DNA of 32,658 nt, taken from positions 1 to 32,658 of the forward strand of contig JBDRCO010000126.1 in the NCBI GenBank assembly GCA_043821645.1, given 5' to 3'. The translations under genes and the position numbers were made by a program. Of this stretch, positions 1 to 8,828 are shown piece by piece (the first letter of the stretch is position 1; the number at the start of each line of letters is the position of its first letter). This stretch comes from Pseudomonadota bacterium. GTDB taxonomy: Bacteria; Myxococcota; JACRCW01; JAFGSX01. Under the pieces are notes generated by a model. The model was not told the origin of the DNA and searched no databases. It saw only the letters and a list, made by a program, of their open reading frames with translations.

Positions 1-145
1 GATGGGGTTGGGAACGCGAGAAGGTCAGTGCCAGAAAAACGAAGATCCCTGCGCCAGCGATGAGCAGGATGATCGCCTTGTAGGTCCAGCTCCCGTGCCC
101 TGTCACGTCCGCTCCGTCGTCGAAGGGTTCGACTTCTGTCCCCAC
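1..145 (-). CDS. Partial CDS running off the left edge; N-terminal membrane anchor, product unknown
   Basis: Minus-strand frame from GTG at 145 (alternative GTG at 106 with GGAG upstream) reads VGTEVEPFDDGADVTGHGSWTYKAIILLIAGAGIFVFLALTFSRSQPH and stays open to the edge; one clear hydrophobic helix. Not in the ORF track. Confidence 0.55.
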   Translation of the reverse strand, partial: MGTEVEPFDDGADVTGHGSWTYKAIILLIAGAGIFVFLALTFSRSQPH

Positions 146-618
146 GGTGCAAGCTACCCTTCCACACCGGCGATCGCAACGAGATCACTTTGGTTCCGGC
201 GCCCCGGCGATGCAGGCGCCAGGCCCGGGGTGGTCGACGATCAGGATCCAGGCGCCCGGCTACGATCTTGGGGAATCGCACCCGCCGTCACGGATCCGGT
301 CACCAGACGCGCATTCCACCGCGACCATGGCCTGGCATCCCTCTTTGACGTCGAGCGTCGTGCTGCGGCAGGTACGGTCCGGTGGCGGTTTTCGATTGCC
401 ACAGGTCGTTGGCGAGATCATGATTCAGCGCTGCCTGTACCGGTTTTTCACTGTGCCGCTGCCACGTCGAGACGCTGGGCCTCCAGATCTGAAACAGCAG
501 ACATCCTCGCATAGGGCAGACCACGGTTCGCGCAGCGAATCGAGTTGCGCGCGCTGAGTAGTATCGAGGTGGCACCCGTCGTCGAACACACGCGGTTGCC
601 GGAAAAAGGGAACGTGCC

Positions 619-2337
619 GTGAGTCGTTTTGAAGAGATGACCATTCACCCCAAGATCTTGAAGGCCCTCGCCGATCTTGGTTTTACCGAGCCGACCCCGA
701 TCCAGGACCAGGTCATCCCGCTGCTTCTCGAGGCGCCCCGCGACCTCGTGGGGCAGGCGCAGACCGGCACCGGAAAGACCGCTGCCTTTGGCATCCCGCT
801 GCTGCAGCACACCGAGGTCACGAGGCGGGCACCTCAGGCCCTGGTCATCTGCCCGACCCGCGAGCTGTGTGTTCAGGTCGCCAGCGACCTGCGGCTGCTT
901 GGAAAGTATCTCGCGGTCACGGTGCTGGATGTGTACGGCGGAGCCAACATCGTGCCGCAGATCCGCGCCCTCGAGCGCGGCGTGCACATCATCGTCGCGA
1001 CGCCCGGACGTTTGCACGATCTCATCCGACGCCAGAAGGTCGACATCCGGAACGTTCGCATGCTCGTCCTGGATGAGGCCGACGAGATGCTCAACATGGG
1101 CTTCCAGGAGGACCTCGACGCGATCCTGGCGCACACCCCGGACGACAAGCACAGCCTGATGTTCTCGGCCACCATGCCGCGCGAGGTGGCGAACATCGCC
1201 AAGAAATACATGCGCGAGCCGCACCGGGTGACCATAGGCCAGGCCAACGCCGCCGCCGACAACGTGCGCCACCTTTACTACATGGTGCACGCGCGCGACC
1301 GCTACCTGGCCCTCAGGCGTGTGGCCGACTTCAATCCAGGACTGTACGGCCTGGTGTTCTGCCGGACCCGGGAAGAGACCCGGGAGGTGGCCGAGCAACT
1401 CATCCAGGACGGCTACAACGCCGACTCCCTGCACGGCGACCTGTCCCAGGCGCAGCGCGATCTGGCCATGAACAAGTTCCGTCGGCGCAACCTGCACCTG
1501 CTGGTGGCCACCGACGTGGCGGCGCGAGGTCTCGACGTCAGTGACCTCACCCACGTCATCAACTACAACCTGCCCGATGAACTCTCGGTCTACACCCACC
1601 GCATCGGCCGCACCGGCCGTGCGGGCAAGGCCGGGATCGCCATCACCCTGATTCACCTGCGCGAGCAGCACAAGATCCGCGAGCTCGAGCGGCGCCTCAG
1701 GGTGAAGTTCGAGAAGCGCGCCCTGCCCACGGGCCGGCAGGTCTGCGAGAAGCAGCTGCTGCACTTCATCGACAAGCTGCATCAGGTCACGGTCGAGCAC
1801 GAACAGATCGCACCCTTCTTGCCGGCCATCCGCGAGAAGCTGGCGGGCCTCGATCGCGAGGAGCTGATCCAGCATTCCGTGGCGCTGGAGTTCAATCGCT
1901 TCCTGGCGTCGTACCAGTCTGCCCGCGACCTGAATGTGATCGAACAGGAAGCACCCAGGGAGCGGGGGAATCCTCGTGGCGCAACTGGGAACCCCCGGGG
2001 AGCGGGCGGCCACCCCGACGGAGACCGGCGCTTCGTGCGCTTCATGCTCAACGTGGGCAAGGCCCAGGGAATGACCCCTTCTCGGCTCATCGGCATGATC
2101 AATGACGCCACCCAGATGCGTCAGATCCGCATCGGTCGCATCGAGATGCAGAAGGCCAGGACCCGCTTCGAGGCGGATGGCCGCTACGCCGAGACCATCC
2201 TGTCGGTGTTCCAGGGGATGCAGGTCGCTGGCAAGAAGGTGAACGTCGAGGTCGACACGGCTGCGGGACCACCGCCAGGTCGATCACCGCAAGGGCGACC
2301 GCCGCAAGGGCGGCCGCCGCGACGGGGCCAGGCCTAG
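619..2337 (+). CDS. deaD: DEAD-box RNA helicase (DeaD/CsdA type) with C-terminal DbpA-like RNA-binding domain
   Basis: Q motif GFTEPTPIQ, AQTGTGKT, PTREL, TPGRL, DEAD, SAT, ATDVAARGLD, HRIGRTGRAG; C-terminal RFMLNVGK...IGRIEM domain; GTG start. Confidence 0.93.
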   Translation: MSRFEEMTIHPKILKALADLGFTEPTPIQDQVIPLLLEAPRDLVGQAQTGTGKTAAFGIPLLQHTEVTRRAPQALVICPTRELCVQVASDLRLLGKYLAVTVLDVYGGANIVPQIRALERGVHIIVATPGRLHDLIRRQKVDIRNVRMLVLDEADEMLNMGFQEDLDAILAHTPDDKHSLMFSATMPREVANIAKKYMREPHRVTIGQANAAADNVRHLYYMVHARDRYLALRRVADFNPGLYGLVFCRTREETREVAEQLIQDGYNADSLHGDLSQAQRDLAMNKFRRRNLHLLVATDVAARGLDVSDLTHVINYNLPDELSVYTHRIGRTGRAGKAGIAITLIHLREQHKIRELERRLRVKFEKRALPTGRQVCEKQLLHFIDKLHQVTVEHEQIAPFLPAIREKLAGLDREELIQHSVALEFNRFLASYQSARDLNVIEQEAPRERGNPRGATGNPRGAGGHPDGDRRFVRFMLNVGKAQGMTPSRLIGMINDATQMRQIRIGRIEMQKARTRFEADGRYAETILSVFQGMQVAGKKVNVEVDTAAGPPPGRSPQGRPPQGRPPRRGQA

Positions 2338-2349
2338 GGAGGTCCCTCG

Positions 2350-2841
2350 ATGTCCCGCATCGACAAGCACAGGGTGCTGGCGCAGATCCAGGACCAGCTC
2401 GCAGGTCGGCTCGATGCCGCCATCCAGCAGCAAAAGAGTGCCCAGAGTGGCGCGTTCCACGATGAGAACAAGCCCGAGGGTTCGAAAGACACCCGCCTGA
2501 TCGAGGCCTCGTACCTAGCGCGCGGGCTGGCGCAGCGGGTGGCCGAGCTGCAGGCGGACCTCGGGGTCTTCTCGAGCCTGAAGCCGCGCGACTTTGACGA
2601 GGGCGATCCCGTTGCTCTCGGTGCCTTGTTGAGTCTGGAGGACGAAGAGGGCGAGACCGTCCACTACGTGCTGGCACCGGCGGAAGGTGGTTTGGTGGTC
2701 GAGGTCGACGCAAAGCAGTTCAAGGTCATCACGCCGAAGTCTCCGCTGGGCCGCGCTGTTCTGGGCAGACGGCTAGGCGAGGACATTGTCTTTGACAGTC
2801 CACAGGGACGAAAGGAACTCTGCCTCGTTGCCCTGTCCTGA
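2350..2841 (+). CDS. GreA/GreB-family transcription elongation factor-like protein
   Basis: N-terminal coiled coil with DTRLIEASYLARG; C-terminal Gre-type VITPKSPLGRAVLGRRLGE; GGGAGG RBS; 12 bp after deaD. Confidence 0.85.
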   Translation: MSRIDKHRVLAQIQDQLAGRLDAAIQQQKSAQSGAFHDENKPEGSKDTRLIEASYLARGLAQRVAELQADLGVFSSLKPRDFDEGDPVALGALLSLEDEEGETVHYVLAPAEGGLVVEVDAKQFKVITPKSPLGRAVLGRRLGEDIVFDSPQGRKELCLVALS

Positions 2842-2910
2842 ACGCGGCAAGGCGGGTGGCTGGGTCCAGGATCCTGCCCTGCGATCGAGGCACAGGCAGG
2901 CGAGGGCGAT

Positions 2911-3957
2911 TCAGCCGGGCAGGCCCAGGTAGGGATAGCTCTGGTTCTCGGCACGGTAGCTGGACCCGTACATGAACTCGCCGGGGATCACGGGATTGCG
3001 CGCCCCTGGCTGCGACAGCATGCCCCAGGCCGCGTCGAGCACGCGCCCGTCCTGGAGCTCGACCCAGCTGTGGCCGGCGGTGCGGCCCGGTCCCATGGAC
3101 ACCGCGCCCTGGGCGAAGCGGCAGGGGATGCCGAGCTTCTCGAGCACCAGGGTGGCGAGCAGGGCCTTCTGGATGCAGTAGCCCTCGCCCTTGTCGAGGT
3201 ACTTCTCGAAAGGCACCACCGGAAAAGACTGGCCCGCATCGAGGGGCGCGTTGCCCACGGCCTGGCTTGCAGCGTCGTTGAAGCGCTGCCAGGTATCGGG
3301 GCCGACCTGGATGTCCTTGTCCCAGTCGAACTCGGCGCGCCCGTCGTTGTAGCGGCTGCCCGCGGTCCAGCGGATCACCTGGTTCACGTTGTCACGCAGC
3401 CAGGCGATGGCGGCCTCGGGCTCGGGGCCGTCCGCACCCTGAGGCATGCGCGCGATGATCTTGTCGAGCCAGCGGTCCAGGGGCGTGCCCGGGCGCTTGT
3501 CCACGCCGATGAAGCAGCGGGTCAGGCCGCCGTCACCGATGACGCAACGGCTGGGCAGGATCTGGTCGTGTGTCTTGGCGTTGAGATCGAGCACCTGCCC
3601 CGGGAACTCCGTCGTGGGCAGGGGCACGAACACGGTGCGCGCGATGTGCGAGGGCACCACCCGCGGGTCGTCGTAGCGGTGCACGGTGTTGACGCCCAGC
3701 TTGACCTCGCGCGGCAGCTGCGGCTGCACCGCGTCGCCCACGCTGCGCACGCCGATGGGGTTGTAGCTCGGGCCACCGGCGCCCGCGGTTCCCGTCGACG
3801 AGGGCGATGTGTTCGCGGTGCTCACCGTGGTGCCAATGTAGTTGTCGGCGACCGCGCTGCGCGTGGTCGTGCCGCTTCTGGCGACGGTGGGCTGGCTGCT
3901 GTCCGTCGACAGGGGCGTGCGCAGGACAGTCGGGCGGGTGCGGATGGGGTCGGGCAT
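2911..3957 (-). CDS. Transglutaminase-like (EDR1/CTR1 peptidase-like) Cys-His-Asp domain protein with disordered N-terminus, 348 aa
   Basis: GYCIQKALL...LGIPCRFAQG...GHSWVEL...VLDAAW triad pattern; start moved to ATG 3957 (MPDPIRT) because of the GAGG RBS. Confidence 0.75.
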   Translation of the reverse strand: MPDPIRTRPTVLRTPLSTDSSQPTVARSGTTTRSAVADNYIGTTVSTANTSPSSTGTAGAGGPSYNPIGVRSVGDAVQPQLPREVKLGVNTVHRYDDPRVVPSHIARTVFVPLPTTEFPGQVLDLNAKTHDQILPSRCVIGDGGLTRCFIGVDKRPGTPLDRWLDKIIARMPQGADGPEPEAAIAWLRDNVNQVIRWTAGSRYNDGRAEFDWDKDIQVGPDTWQRFNDAASQAVGNAPLDAGQSFPVVPFEKYLDKGEGYCIQKALLATLVLEKLGIPCRFAQGAVSMGPGRTAGHSWVELQDGRVLDAAWGMLSQPGARNPVIPGEFMYGSSYRAENQSYPYLGLPG

Positions 3958-4134
3958 GGTCGGGCCTCGTGTGGTGCGTGCGGCACAGGGTCCGCACTCG
4001 GAGCAACCTCCTGATTCATACCTTCCCCCGGGCGCTCCGTACAGCCGCCGAGTGGTCTTGACGCGCTGCGATATCCACGGGAGATACCCAGCCTGTCTCC
4101 CGTCATGCACTCGACAACAGGGCGGCCAATTTCT

Positions 4135-4168
4135 GGCCCATTACAATAGAAGGACATTGTTATGGGCC
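4135..4168. promoter_or_regulatory. AT-rich imperfect inverted repeat between divergent genes; candidate operator/promoter
   Basis: GGCCCATTACAAT-agaaggac-ATTGTTATGGGCC: 13-bp arms, one mismatch, 8-nt spacer; left arm contains TACAAT (4142-4147). Confidence 0.5.
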
Positions 4169-4235
4169 GGCCATCTTGCTGGCTGGGGGGGGTTGTGGTC
4201 CGGACCGCGTTCGCGCGAGTCCGGCAAGGGGCGCC

Positions 4236-7200
4236 ATGGCCATCTCACAAGCACAGCGCACGCAGGTTCTGACCTCGGCCAACAGCTGGGCGCGCAGCCA
4301 GGGCTTCGGCTCGGCCAGCGAGGTGCCCTTTCACAAGGCGGCCGAGCTCATACAGGCGGTCTCCAGCGAGACCAAGATCTCGGCGGCCAAGGTGCGCGAC
4401 GCGCTGCTCGAAGAGGCGAGCGCGGCCAACGAGGTGTCCGCAGGCAACCTGGACGCGCTGGGTGGTCCCGCGGGCTATCGCGGCACCGCGGATCACACCC
4501 CCCTGCGCAGCGACGCGGGTGTGCGCCCCATGGCCGCGCTCATGGACGCGAAGAGCATTCGAACGGCCGGGACCAGCGTCGACGACAGCCCCTCGGTGGT
4601 CGAGCTCAGTCGCTTCAACACCACGTTCAAGCAGTGCGCCGACGACTTCGAGGCCACCCGCGTGGTGGTCACCCGCCAGGCCAGCACAAAGACCCTGCAC
4701 GAGCTCGCCGAGGCCAGTGGCAAGCTGCTCAAGCTCTTTGGCCAGCTCGACGGTTCGCGCAACGACAAGCAGGTCAAGGAGGAGATCCTCAAGCTCTACG
4801 ACAACCTGCTGTCGGACACGGCGCGTCGCAAGGGCGTGTTTCTGACCAAGAGCACGGACAGCAACCCCATCTCGAGCTTCGTCCTGGACAAGAAGGACGA
4901 GGGGCCGCACCTGCCCGATGCCGTCAACGCCCGCCGTGGCGACAGCGTGATCGGCTCGGGCTCCAGCCTCGGCGTCGATGCCCAGACCGGCCGCACCTTC
5001 GTTCTCGACTACCAGGGCGAGGTGACCGAGGTCGCCACCGTCGCCGAGTTCGTGCAGCGGCGCGAGGAGCAGTTCGCCCTGGAGCACCAGGCCGAGGTGG
5101 TGGCCAGCGATCCCAAGGCGCTTGAGGAGCTGCGTTCGATCAGCGACAAGGGCCTGGCGCGCCTGGGCGGTGAGGTCGAGTACGTGTCCCTGGTCGAGGA
5201 CGACAAGAACGAGCTGACCCGGGTCTACCCCACCAAGTGGCACCGCGAGAAGGGCAGTCTGATCTCTCGCCGCATCGTCAGCGAGGGGCCCTTCGCGGGT
5301 ATCTTCCTCGACGACCTGGTGCACGAGCTGACCCGGCGCCAGGGCAGTGGCACGCACTTCGATCCGAAGAAGGGCCAGCTGCCCACCACGCCGAGGAACG
5401 GCGAGCCCTTCGTCACCACCACCACGGTACGGGAGCGCGGTGAGAAGCGGAGCAAGCTGTTCATCAAGATCCCGGACAACCGCGAGTGGACCGAGGCGCG
5501 GCGCTCGCTGCGTCGCCTCAGCGAGCTCGAGCCCAGCGTCAAGTACCGCGAGGGTAGCGGCAACACGACCTTCGTCTTCGCCCCCGAGCAATACAAGCTG
5601 GTGCGCGACATCGTGGGCCAGATGGTCGTCAACGGTCCGGCGACCACGATGCTCGAGGAGCACTTCGCCGAGCTGACCCGGGTCGAGATGGCCTCGTCGG
5701 ACAAGAGCCTGGGCCAGCACACGGCTGCGGCCATCGGTGGCTTCAGGGGCGAGGTCAAGGGCCCCGACGGCAAGGCGCGCACGTTTGACTTGTCGTACTG
5801 GCAAAAGAAGTCCCTGGCCTGGCTCGAGGCCCGCGATCACAAGGGTGTCATCGCCCTCGACACAGGCATGGGCAAGACCTTGGTCGCCGTTGGTATGATG
5901 CGCGAGCTGCAGAAGAACGAGGGCGTCACCAAGCCCTTCCTGGTGGTGGGGCCGCCGGGCCTGGGCGGCAACATGGAGACCGAGATCCGCAAGTTCTGCG
6001 AGCCGGCGGTGGCCGAGGAGCTGTGCAAGAAGCTCGTGGTCATGGATTACAGGGAGTTTTCGTGGGCCTGTCGCAAGGGCGAGCACGAGGGCAAACCCTT
6101 CGCGGCGGACAAGTTCGGTGCGGTGTTTTTTGACGAGGCGCAGTGGATCAAGAATCGCAACTCCGTCGGCGGCAAGGCCGCCCTGGCTTTTAAGCACCCG
6201 CACAAGGTGGTGCTGACCAAGTCGGTGATGAAGGACAGCGTCGACGATGTGTTCACCCTGTCCTGCATCGCCAACAACATCGACCTCAACGACCGTACCG
6301 AGGGCAAGGAGCAGCGCTACCTGATGCGCAAGTTCCGCAACCTGTACACCAACGTGGTGGGTGGGCGCTGCGTCGGGGTCAAGGAGGCGGTGGAGCTGGC
6401 TCCCGGCGACTTCGTCGACCCGAAGCACAACATGCACGCCTTCATCAAGCAGAACTTCTTGCACGCGGACAAGCGCATCGACGACGTCAAGCTGCCGCGC
6501 TTTCAGCTGTCGACCGAGGCCCTGGCCATGCCGCCCAAGATGGAGGAGGAGTACCGCGCCACCACCGCCAAGATCACCAAGCTCATGCGTGGCATGGTGT
6601 CGCTGTACCGCGACCAGGGCGTCAGCCGCGAGTACATCGACGACAAGGGGCGCACCCGGCGCGAGATCAACCCCCTGGCCAAGAACAAGAAGATCGCCGA
6701 AGTGTTCGGCCGTGACCTGCACAAGCTGATCACCGAGATCAACACCCTGAGCAACAACCGCGCCAAGCTGGACCGCGCTGCCGAGCTGGTGTTCAAGCAC
6801 CTCGAGGCCAGCTCGTCGTCGCGAACCGTGCTGTTCAGCGACTCGGCGGAGTACGTGCTGCAAAGCGCGCAGCGCCTGAGCGAGAAGGTCCCGGGCAAGG
6901 TGCACGCCGCTTGCCTGGCCAAGGAGATCCGGCTTTTTCAGAATGGCAAGGAGCTCAAGGCGTTCCAGGGCCACACGCTGCCCTTCAAGCCCACCGAATA
7001 TACCGACGACAGCGGCCGGACCTATGACAAGGACACCTGGCACAAGTTCGTGCTCGACAAGGTCATCGCGCCGTCGACCGAGGTCGCCAGCGCCAGCATG
7101 TTCGGCCCCGTGTACCAGGAAGGCCAGAACATGCAGTGGGCGGACGTCGGCATTCACCTCGACCGCGACACCTGGAGCCGCCAGAACACCGAGCAGCGCG

Positions 7201-7493
7201 AGGGCCGCCTGTGGCGCAAGGGCCAGAAGCAGCCCGTGCACTTCTACAACCTGGACTGGACCTACAAGCACCCCCAGGACGAGCTGGACCGCAGCCTCGA
7301 CGAGGTGCGCGGCATGTACGAGAAGGTCAGCGGGCAGATCTTTCACGACATCATCGTGGTGCCGCAGAAGATGGAGCTGGGCGAGGAATGGGCGGGCACG
7401 CGCGAGAGCAGCGACCTCAGGCTCGACGCCAGCGTGCTCGAGTTCGCCCTGGATCCCTCGATCAAGAACGCGGCCGAGCGCGGCGGCTTCTGA
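4236..7493 (+). CDS. Divergent SNF2/SWI2-family (SF2) ATPase with long unknown N-terminal region, 1085 aa
   Basis: Motif I ALDTGMGKT, Ia LVVGPPGLGGNMETEIRKF, II DEAQ, III-like VLTKS, IV TVLFSD, V EGQNMQ, VI QREGRLWRKGQ; ATG 4236 with AAGGGG RBS; strong GC3 codon bias. Confidence 0.85.
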   Translation: MAISQAQRTQVLTSANSWARSQGFGSASEVPFHKAAELIQAVSSETKISAAKVRDALLEEASAANEVSAGNLDALGGPAGYRGTADHTPLRSDAGVRPMAALMDAKSIRTAGTSVDDSPSVVELSRFNTTFKQCADDFEATRVVVTRQASTKTLHELAEASGKLLKLFGQLDGSRNDKQVKEEILKLYDNLLSDTARRKGVFLTKSTDSNPISSFVLDKKDEGPHLPDAVNARRGDSVIGSGSSLGVDAQTGRTFVLDYQGEVTEVATVAEFVQRREEQFALEHQAEVVASDPKALEELRSISDKGLARLGGEVEYVSLVEDDKNELTRVYPTKWHREKGSLISRRIVSEGPFAGIFLDDLVHELTRRQGSGTHFDPKKGQLPTTPRNGEPFVTTTTVRERGEKRSKLFIKIPDNREWTEARRSLRRLSELEPSVKYREGSGNTTFVFAPEQYKLVRDIVGQMVVNGPATTMLEEHFAELTRVEMASSDKSLGQHTAAAIGGFRGEVKGPDGKARTFDLSYWQKKSLAWLEARDHKGVIALDTGMGKTLVAVGMMRELQKNEGVTKPFLVVGPPGLGGNMETEIRKFCEPAVAEELCKKLVVMDYREFSWACRKGEHEGKPFAADKFGAVFFDEAQWIKNRNSVGGKAALAFKHPHKVVLTKSVMKDSVDDVFTLSCIANNIDLNDRTEGKEQRYLMRKFRNLYTNVVGGRCVGVKEAVELAPGDFVDPKHNMHAFIKQNFLHADKRIDDVKLPRFQLSTEALAMPPKMEEEYRATTAKITKLMRGMVSLYRDQGVSREYIDDKGRTRREINPLAKNKKIAEVFGRDLHKLITEINTLSNNRAKLDRAAELVFKHLEASSSSRTVLFSDSAEYVLQSAQRLSEKVPGKVHAACLAKEIRLFQNGKELKAFQGHTLPFKPTEYTDDSGRTYDKDTWHKFVLDKVIAPSTEVASASMFGPVYQEGQNMQWADVGIHLDRDTWSRQNTEQREGRLWRKGQKQPVHFYNLDWTYKHPQDELDRSLDEVRGMYEKVSGQIFHDIIVVPQKMELGEEWAGTRESSDLRLDASVLEFALDPSIKNAAERGGF

Positions 7494-7756
7494 TGAGCGC
7501 CACCGATCCGCAGACCCTGGACGAGTGGCAGGCCTACATCGCCGCCCTCGACGACACCGCGCTGGTCGAGCAGGCGCGCGCGGCCAACAGCACGAGCTTC
7601 GTGCAGCAGCTGCAGGACGAGGGCAAGGCGCCGCACGAGATTCACGGGGTGCTGGTGCTGTTCGCGCACCGTTTCAAGGACGTGGGCCTGCGCCCGCCCG
7701 GCGATGGTTACTGCGACCTGCTCGAGCTGATGAACCAGTCGCTCCCCGAACCTTGA
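7493..7756 (+). CDS. Small hypothetical protein (87 aa), translationally coupled to the SNF2-like gene
   Basis: TGATG stop/start overlap at 7491-7495; MSATDPQTLDEWQAYIAAL...; acidic, helical-looking, with host-like codon usage. Confidence 0.8.
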   Translation: MSATDPQTLDEWQAYIAALDDTALVEQARAANSTSFVQQLQDEGKAPHEIHGVLVLFAHRFKDVGLRPPGDGYCDLLELMNQSLPEP

Positions 7757-7848
7757 TGCACCCTGCGACGACGACGTGACTCCGGGACTGCCTGTCGGTT
7801 GACAGGGGTCTGGCCCGCGCTATCTCGTGCGGCCGACCTGGAGGTCTC

Positions 7849-8286
7849 ATGCAGCCCACACACCTCAACTTTCTCGCGGTCATCGTCGCTGCCGTGGTCA
7901 ACATGGCCATAGGCTTCGCCTGGTTCTCGCCCCTGCTGTTCAGCAAGCTGTGGCAGCAGATCATGGAGGTCGACCCGGCGGACACCGCGCGCAACGAGGC
8001 GGCCAAGAAGGGCATGGGGCCACTCTTTGGCCTGGTCTTCGTCGGGGCTTTTCTGACCTCGTACATGATGGCCAGGCTGCTGGGGTGGATGGAGCAGGAT
8101 ACCTGGCTGGGTGGCATGCGCGTGGGCTTCTACCTGTGGATAGGTCTGATCATGCCCGTGACCTTTCAGTTCGCGGTGTTCAGCGGCAAGCCCATGGGCC
8201 TGCGCATGAAGATGTTCGTGGTGCAGGCCAGCCACTACTTGGTGGTCTTCGTCGCCACCGGAGCCCTGCTCGGCGCCTGGCACTGA
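7849..8286 (+). CDS. DUF1761-family membrane protein
   Basis: LNFLAVIVAAVVNMAIGFAWFSPLLFSKLW signature; four hydrophobic segments; GGAGG RBS. Confidence 0.85.
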   Translation: MQPTHLNFLAVIVAAVVNMAIGFAWFSPLLFSKLWQQIMEVDPADTARNEAAKKGMGPLFGLVFVGAFLTSYMMARLLGWMEQDTWLGGMRVGFYLWIGLIMPVTFQFAVFSGKPMGLRMKMFVVQASHYLVVFVATGALLGAWH

Positions 8287-8396
8287 ACTTCGGCATCGAT
8301 CAGCTGCGGAGCCCAGCGGAAATCCCAGGCTTTCCCAGCCTGAACTCGCGATTCACCCTCCGGTACCTAGGTCTGGCACCATCGCTGCGGCATGAC

Positions 8397-8630
8397 TCAG
8401 TAGCACATGGCGCCGACCACCTCGGGCGCGTCCTCGACAGGCATGCTGGCCATGCGCAGGTCGTCCTCTTTGGACTGCAGGGGTTGCTCCTGCCGGACCA
8501 GCAGCGAGGGCAATCCGCACAGGCTGAGGCCGCAGGACAGACAGGTGCTGGACAGTGGAATGCAGAGCTGGCAGCCGGCGAAGAACAGGACCTGCATGAG
8601 CAGCGCAGCGACGAGAAGCTTGGTTTTCAT
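8397..8630 (-). CDS. Small Cys-rich putative lipoprotein (77 aa)
   Basis: MKTKLLVAALLMQVLFFAGC signal peptide with lipobox; AGGGAG RBS; upstream extended -10; ends ...GAMCY. Confidence 0.7.
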   Translation of the reverse strand: MKTKLLVAALLMQVLFFAGCQLCIPLSSTCLSCGLSLCGLPSLLVRQEQPLQSKEDDLRMASMPVEDAPEVVGAMCY

Positions 8631-8658
8631 GGTGCTCCCTCGGGCTCGGTGTGGGCAC

Positions 8659-8667
8659 ATTGTAGCA
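8659..8667 (-). promoter_or_regulatory. Extended -10 promoter element TGCTACAAT for the small lipoprotein gene
   Basis: Matches TGnTAnnnT 28 bp upstream of ATG 8630, leaving room for the RBS. Confidence 0.5.
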
Positions 8668-8828
8668 GGCCCCGCCGGGGGATGCCGAACTCTTGTTGGC
8701 AGAAGGTCCGTGGACGGCAAGGGTGGTTCCGGCGCTCCTGGGGGAGCCTCTGCACCGGGGCCCGGTAGAGGTCGCGCATCGAGGCCTCGAAGTTGCGAAT
8801 CTGGGTCAGGGTCTGCAGCATGGCGGCC

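Noticed and set aside
146-618. ORFs 2-514, 147-557 and 300-644 in the region upstream of deaD
   Set aside because: No motifs, poor codon bias and mutually overlapping; treated as divergent intergenic DNA. No recognisable ncRNA by eye.
1960-2337. Short tandem repeats in deaD (GNPRGA x2; PQGRP x2, 15-bp unit)
   Set aside because: In-frame low-complexity linker and tail typical of DeaD-type helicases; not an array.
4245-7346. 1033-aa antisense ORF opposite the SNF2-like gene (likewise 448-2013, 14370-15893, 15894-17816, 24506-26323, 31324-32592)
   Set aside because: Shadow frames expected from strong GC3 bias; no motifs, and the sense strand carries recognisable proteins.
7799-7826. TTGACA followed by TATCTC upstream of the DUF1761 gene
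   Set aside because: 16-nt spacer and a -10 lacking the final T; plausible but not well enough supported.
8326-8342. Hairpin CAGGCT-ttccc-AGCCTG between convergent genes (similar weak stem at about 2873-2900)
   Set aside because: Short stems without a U-tract; too weak to call intrinsic terminators.
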